A stretch of 64,000 nt of DNA from a virus (lineage: Duplodnaviria; Caudoviricetes), in the IMG/VR virus record IMGVR_UViG_3300021255_000136, positions 1-64,000 of that record; one strand, 5' to 3'. Below are positions 46,701-52,700 of the stretch, in pieces. The notes under the pieces are model-generated. The model was not told the DNA's origin, ran no database searches, and saw nothing but the letters and a program-made list of their open reading frames with translations. The first letter of the stretch is position 1, and each line of letters opens with the position of its first letter. Both the position numbers and the translations under genes were made by a program.

Positions 46701-49700
46701 CGTGGCGCATATTATAATAAGAGTAGACATTGTAAGTCCTGCGCCCGATCTTTATCTGACGACCGGCCACATCCTTTGCACTCTGCGGTATAGACGCCTG
46801 ATAGGAAGCTATCCTGGTCTGCGGGTCCAGACGAGGTGCTGGCTGTGCCGCCTTGGACTCAGTCTTCGTCGTGGTCTTGGAGGACTGTACACGCGGTGCT
46901 CTATTCTCTGTAGCCGCACCTGGCATTGAAGTATTAGCCGGAGGGATAACGTCCATACGGAATGCTTCGATATTCGGGTTGTTCGTACCACCAAGCTGAG
47001 CCTGTTGTCTTGCCTGCATCAGCTGCGCAAGATTGTCATTTGCATGAACGGGTGTAGGAGTAGGACCATAGGAGCCTTGTGTATACCCCATGGACCTGTT
47101 CATCTGTTGCTGGCCACGATACTCGCGTTCGTTGTTCTGGCTAATACCCGCGCTTCTGGCTTCCCGCTGTTCAATGTTGGCATTAGCAAGACGGAAGAAT
47201 TTCCATGTGTTGTTCAGTACGTCGTTGATATCCCCGGTCTGGATAACCTTCAGGAGATCCTCAGACTGCTGGCCTACCGTATTAAGAATGTAGTTGTAGA
47301 TCGCATTCCTCGTATTGTAGTCCTTCATGAAGTCTTGCGCTGCGAACTCCTGTATGCTCTTATAAGTAATACGAGCAGAACCTTTGAGTATTCCTTCTAG
47401 GAAAGACTGTACATCCGCTGCTGTACCTGCATCCAGACCATATTTGTCATGGAGCGTGGTACCGATATCCGAAAGAACAATACTATTCGGATTTTGAGTC
47501 TTGGCATAGAGGTACGCCATAGACTCCGTATTCTGTCTGGCCTCGTGGTCAAACTCGTTAACAGCGTTGAAGAACCAGTTCGGCATGGTTTTGAACATAC
47601 CCTCGCCGTTCTCGAGGACAATAGCGTTGAACATACCCGGATCGAACTCACGAACCATAAGAGCCAGCTTACCGATATCTCTTGCAATATCTCCGGTCTT
47701 GGCCGTGTTGTTGGCCTGTTGTTGCTCCAGATACTTCAGTCGTGATGCGTCGTTCGGTCGGCTCTGGTTGTTCTTCATCCGCTCATAGATCTCTGCGATC
47801 TCGGCTTGGATTCTAGTACCGTTCTCAGCCACCGCCTGCATTCTACTGTTCCAGCGGTTACGGATGTCCTGAGCAAGTGATGTAATCTCTCTTGCCTGCT
47901 CGCCTTTGTCGAAACCTCTGTAGTCCGTCTCGCCGTTCCCTTCAGTCGGGCCCGGAGTAGGAGTACCTTCTGTGTGAGTTCGTGCAGTGGTTCCTTCTGT
48001 AGCGGTTTCTGTATCGGTGGTCGTGTCCTGCGGGTTCTGTACTCTAAGCGGCTCACCTTTCTGGGTATCGGCACTCGGTTCGCCATTCCGGGAAAGCTCG
48101 GTGCCGTCTACCGTAGACTGTTCCTGCTTGGTATCTTTGCCCACAGAGTATTGCTTGCCATTGCTGCTATCGGCCATCGCTGCCCTGTAGTCTTTTAGAT
48201 ACTGGCGGGCATCGTTTCTCTCAGTTTCTGCCTGCTGGCGCATAGTTTCAAAGTTGCCCATCGCTTCATCTACAAAGCTCTTGGTCTCCGAGTGTTTATT
48301 GAGCTCGTGGAGTACAAAGTCTATGCCGTACCATAGTGTGGCATAGTCGGTTTTTTCGCTTACTCCTTTTTTCCGGTTGCCCGCGTCACCGAGGTCAATA
48401 GTCGTCCCATCGCTGAAATTAATCCAAGCTTCGACGGCTACATCTGTAGGCGCCTTCGTGGCCTTATCAAGTCCGCCATTAAAATATTTCTTACGCTGCT
48501 TGTCTATTTCTTCTCGCGAGAACCCAGATTCTGCGAGAGCACGAAGATCGTATGGGGAATCAACATGAATTACCGTGCCGTCGGCAAGAGTCCATTCGTA
48601 ACCGAAGTTGTTCGAGTTAGTCCAGTGATCGACGTCTTTGGCTTGGTCCATCATACTGAACAGTGCGAAAGCATCTTTAGCGTCATTAAGCCGCGTAAAT
48701 TTATCGGATGCATTATACACATTATTCTGTGCTTCTTCTAGTCCCGCAATCCGTTCTGCTTTTGTCTTTCCGGTAAGATCAATTGGCTTCTTATCTTTAC
48801 CGGGAGCAGACGCGTCTTCTTTGCCGCTATTCTGCTGATCGTCAAATTGTTCCTTCGTGGGGATTACAGGTGTAGCAGGCGCCTCGTTTTGTTGCTCCGC
48901 TTCGGCAACTTCCGGTGCCTGCTCTGTAATCGGACTAGCAGGGGTCTGGTCTACTGATGCTGGCTCAACTGGGGCCGTGGCTTCTTCAGTCGTCGTTCCG
49001 GTTGTTTCACTTGTCGCGCCGGAGGTTACTGACGGGGCATCACTAGTATGCGCGAGAAGGTACTGCATCGCGTCATTGTATTTGCCGCGTACGTCGTTAA
49101 GTTTATTCTGTAGTTTTTCAACCGCTGAATCATACCAGCCATTTAGAATATCGGCGACATCTTTATTTGCATTTCCTATCTTCTCAATGGTCTGATCTAT
49201 TCCGTCTTCTTGTTTATAATTATAACTTGCGACGTACTCTGCCTGAGATTTAAATGTCTGTGTCTTTCCCTTTGCCCCCGCATTGAAACCGGTGATTGTT
49301 CCGTCTCCGTTGTATATAAACGCTCTCGGGAAGAGATGATGTTTATCCCCGTCTGCGAATTCAATGTGGATGTTCTTTCCGTTTGCAAGCTGTTTTTCAT
49401 AGGCCACGCCATTACCAAAGATTGTAGGTACCTTCTTACCCGTTCTTGCAATGGTAGAGAATATTGTCGCAGCTCTGCCATTCTGCTGCAGCTTCTCAAG
49501 CCTATCTTCAAGCCCTGTCTGTTCCTGATTCAGCTTGACAAGGTTGTCGTAGTTCTCGTTATATTTCTGCTGCTCTGGCGTTAGCTCTTCTTTTGTGACT
49601 TCGGGAGCGTTCTCCGATACTCCTTCTGCTTCAGAGCTTCCGTTCTTCACTTCAGCAGCAAGTCCAGCCTTAGCTGAACGGATCTGGTCAGCCATGTTCT

Positions 49701-52700
49701 TGATCGTACCAGTGAGCTCTATGCCGGTGATAGCTTTAAATGCATCACGCAGGCCTTGGTCTCTTGCGATCTCTCTGGCTTCCTTAATAGTAACAGAGTC
49801 CTGCTTCCTGTTGAGGATGGCCTTTACACGACTCTCTTCTTCAGTGTCGTCAGGAGATGACGGGAACTTACCGTTCTCATCAGCCTTTGCACGAGGTATA
49901 GCCAGAGGTTGCTGCTGTTCTGCTCTCTCTTCCCCGTGGCGATTCGGTGCTGGCCCTGTAGGTGTTGTGTTTGCGGGAGGAATAATTGCCGGTGCCTGAT
50001 TCTCCTCGGGAGTACTACCTTCCTGTGCAACCGGTGCTGCAGGAGCAGCGGGTGTTGCATTCGCAGGAGGAATAACTGCCGGTGTCTCAGGTGCTGCAGG
50101 AGCCGCGTTTTCAACTGTAGTCGTCTCCGTATCACCAGTGGTTTCTGACGGAGTATACCCAGCCTCTGCTGCGCGTTGTACAGCAGCAGCCACAGGTGTT
50201 ACGGGAGACTCGGCAGCGTACTGCATCATCACCGGGTCTTTGGAATGGTCTAGAACAGAGTTGGTAAAATCTATACCAAGACCGCTTTTCAGCATATCGT
50301 TACCGATCTGCCTGTACGTTTGGTTGGTCTTGCCTTCTCTTACGGCATTACCGAAGCCCATCAGTGCACCACTGGCAAAACTGTCTGTTACAATGTCAGC
50401 GAGTTTTTTCTTTTCTTCCTGCTTCAGGATATACTCGGCTTCTTCTGGAGTAATGTCAGATTCTTGAAGCAGTTCATTCTTTCTGGTGTGATACTCACTT
50501 CTCTCGCCTTCAATCCACTCCGCGATAGCATTTGTGAGTTTTTCTGTATTGAATTCTTCACTGGCCTCAACGAAGCCGGACGTAGACGTTTTTAATACGC
50601 CGTTAACTATATCGTTAAAGAGCCCGTTACTGGAGAGTTCAATATCCGGGATCTTATCGAATATGATATCAAGGGATACAGCTTCACTAAAGCCATCTGC
50701 AAAAGCACTGGCAAGAGCGTATTGGTTGGCTTTATTTACATCTCCGGTACGTGCAAACGATTCTTGGAATGCATTTGCATAAGAAGCGCCGCCATAAGCC
50801 AGTGTCGTATACCCCCAGGAAATAGCTTTTGCTGCGGCTTCTGTAGCCAGCGCGGGAGCTGCAACCCCGGCAACTGATGCAAGAGCGCCAGCCATGCCAA
50901 CAACGTATGTCGATTGCATAGCACTCTGTAAAGCTTTAGGCAATGTAGCCGCTGAAAGTGTAGTCTCACCGAAGAACGGGATATTAATATTTTTCTGCCA
51001 ATGTTCTCCCAGTTCGCCATAAAGCCCGGCATTAACAGCGTCCATAAGTTCCATAACAGTTGGATTAGCATAAATCGGAACTTCGCCGGTACGTTTGGCC
51101 TCATTATAAAATCCGATTGAATCAGTTATGCCAAAGCCTAGAGCTGTTGGTATACCGGTGACAAATATTGAGCCCAGCAGATATGCCGCTCCAGCCGCAT
51201 CGCCCCAGTTGCGCTTCCCGTCGAACAGATTACCGGCCATTGCTGCGGAGAAGTCCTGTACCGCTTTGACTCTGGCCTCATGCGTTTCACCGTCATGGAG
51301 TCTGTTCTGGTCCTTTGCATACTCGAGAGCCGTCTGCAGCTCACCGTTGCCGATGTAGTAGGCATAGGTCTGTAACTCAGTATAAGACCACGTATCATTC
51401 GGGAGTACGTTGCCTACACCGAAACGCGCTATGTACTGTTCCGCTTCTTTCTTCTGAGTATCGGTCAGTCCAGGGATGACATCCAACAAGCCAGTTACGC
51501 CCTTTAGTTGCTGCTGGTATGCCTGCTGCGCGTTTGGATTGATAGTATCTTGATCGATCCTCTTAGATCCGCGAATAGCCATAGCCAAGTCAGCGAATCG
51601 TTCACCGGCTTTTACTTTATCCTGATAATTCTTATCACGCTGGATATCTACGCCATAAACCCCGTGGCCTTGTTCGTCCACGCCGACCTGTACCTGAATA
51701 CCACGGAAAGATTTCTGATAGCCAAGCTCTTCGTTCTTCTGGTCGATGGCCTTCTGATACTCTGGATGTGCTGCGTCAAAATTTGTCCAGAGCGTATTGA
51801 GAGTGGACTCGTTACCGGATTCCCACCAACTCGAGTTAGGCTTATTTCCGTTGCCAAGAAGATAGTTAGCGTACTCTGTTATAGACTGGTTCAGTCTGGC
51901 GTCGTATTGTCCGGACGCCGCAGTATCAAGCAGATAGTTTGCAAAAGCCTGTTCTCTTTCACCAACCAGCCCGCGATTACCGGAAGCGTATTCCGGATAG
52001 GCTTTAAAGAAGTCCATGTCCAGCTGTTCCTGGAACCGACTATTAAGCCCCTTAGCATTTCCAAGTCCGTGCTCCTCTTTCCATTGCTCAGAGAAGTCGG
52101 TGTAATCCGCGTTCCAGTCATCCATGCTGTAGCCGAGTTCTGCTTTTGTCTGGGCAATTATATTCTCCAGACCACGGCCAGAGTTGTCGCTGATAAGGCC
52201 TATTGCCGAGTTGTAATAGTCACGGGCCTTCTGAGTTTGTAATTCATTCTGGAAGAACTTAGCTCTCTTGGTCTGCTCGTCTGTCAGCTTAGTATCGTCT
52301 TGAGAAGAACTATATTTCTTTTTCTCTTCCAGAACTGCTTTCTGCTGAGCAATCAGATCGTTATAGAGCTTTACGTTCTCGTCATTCGGATCTAGGACAT
52401 CATCTATCTGACTATCCAACGCAACGATCTGCTCGTCAAGTTCGTTATACTGTCGCGTCCAGTATGACTCATACAGGGTGTCGCTGATTTCGTTCTGAAG
52501 CTTATCTCTCGCAATGCGGGACTCGGTGAGCGTGTCGTATTTACCGAAATACTCTCCGGTTTCACGATAATGTTTGGCTGCTTCTGAACGGGACAAGTAC
52601 TGCCATTCGCCGTTCTCGTCTTTAACCATAGCCGGGACGTTGACATATTGCCCGTCGTCATAGACCATGTACGCATCGAAAGCATCTTCCAGCTCGATAT

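Noticed and set aside
47775-48086. Third nested +1-frame ORF (103 aa) in a linker of the giant protein
   Set aside because: Same frame offset and linker context as the two accepted ones, but no SD and an R/T/P-rich composition; weak, worth rechecking with Ribo-seq.
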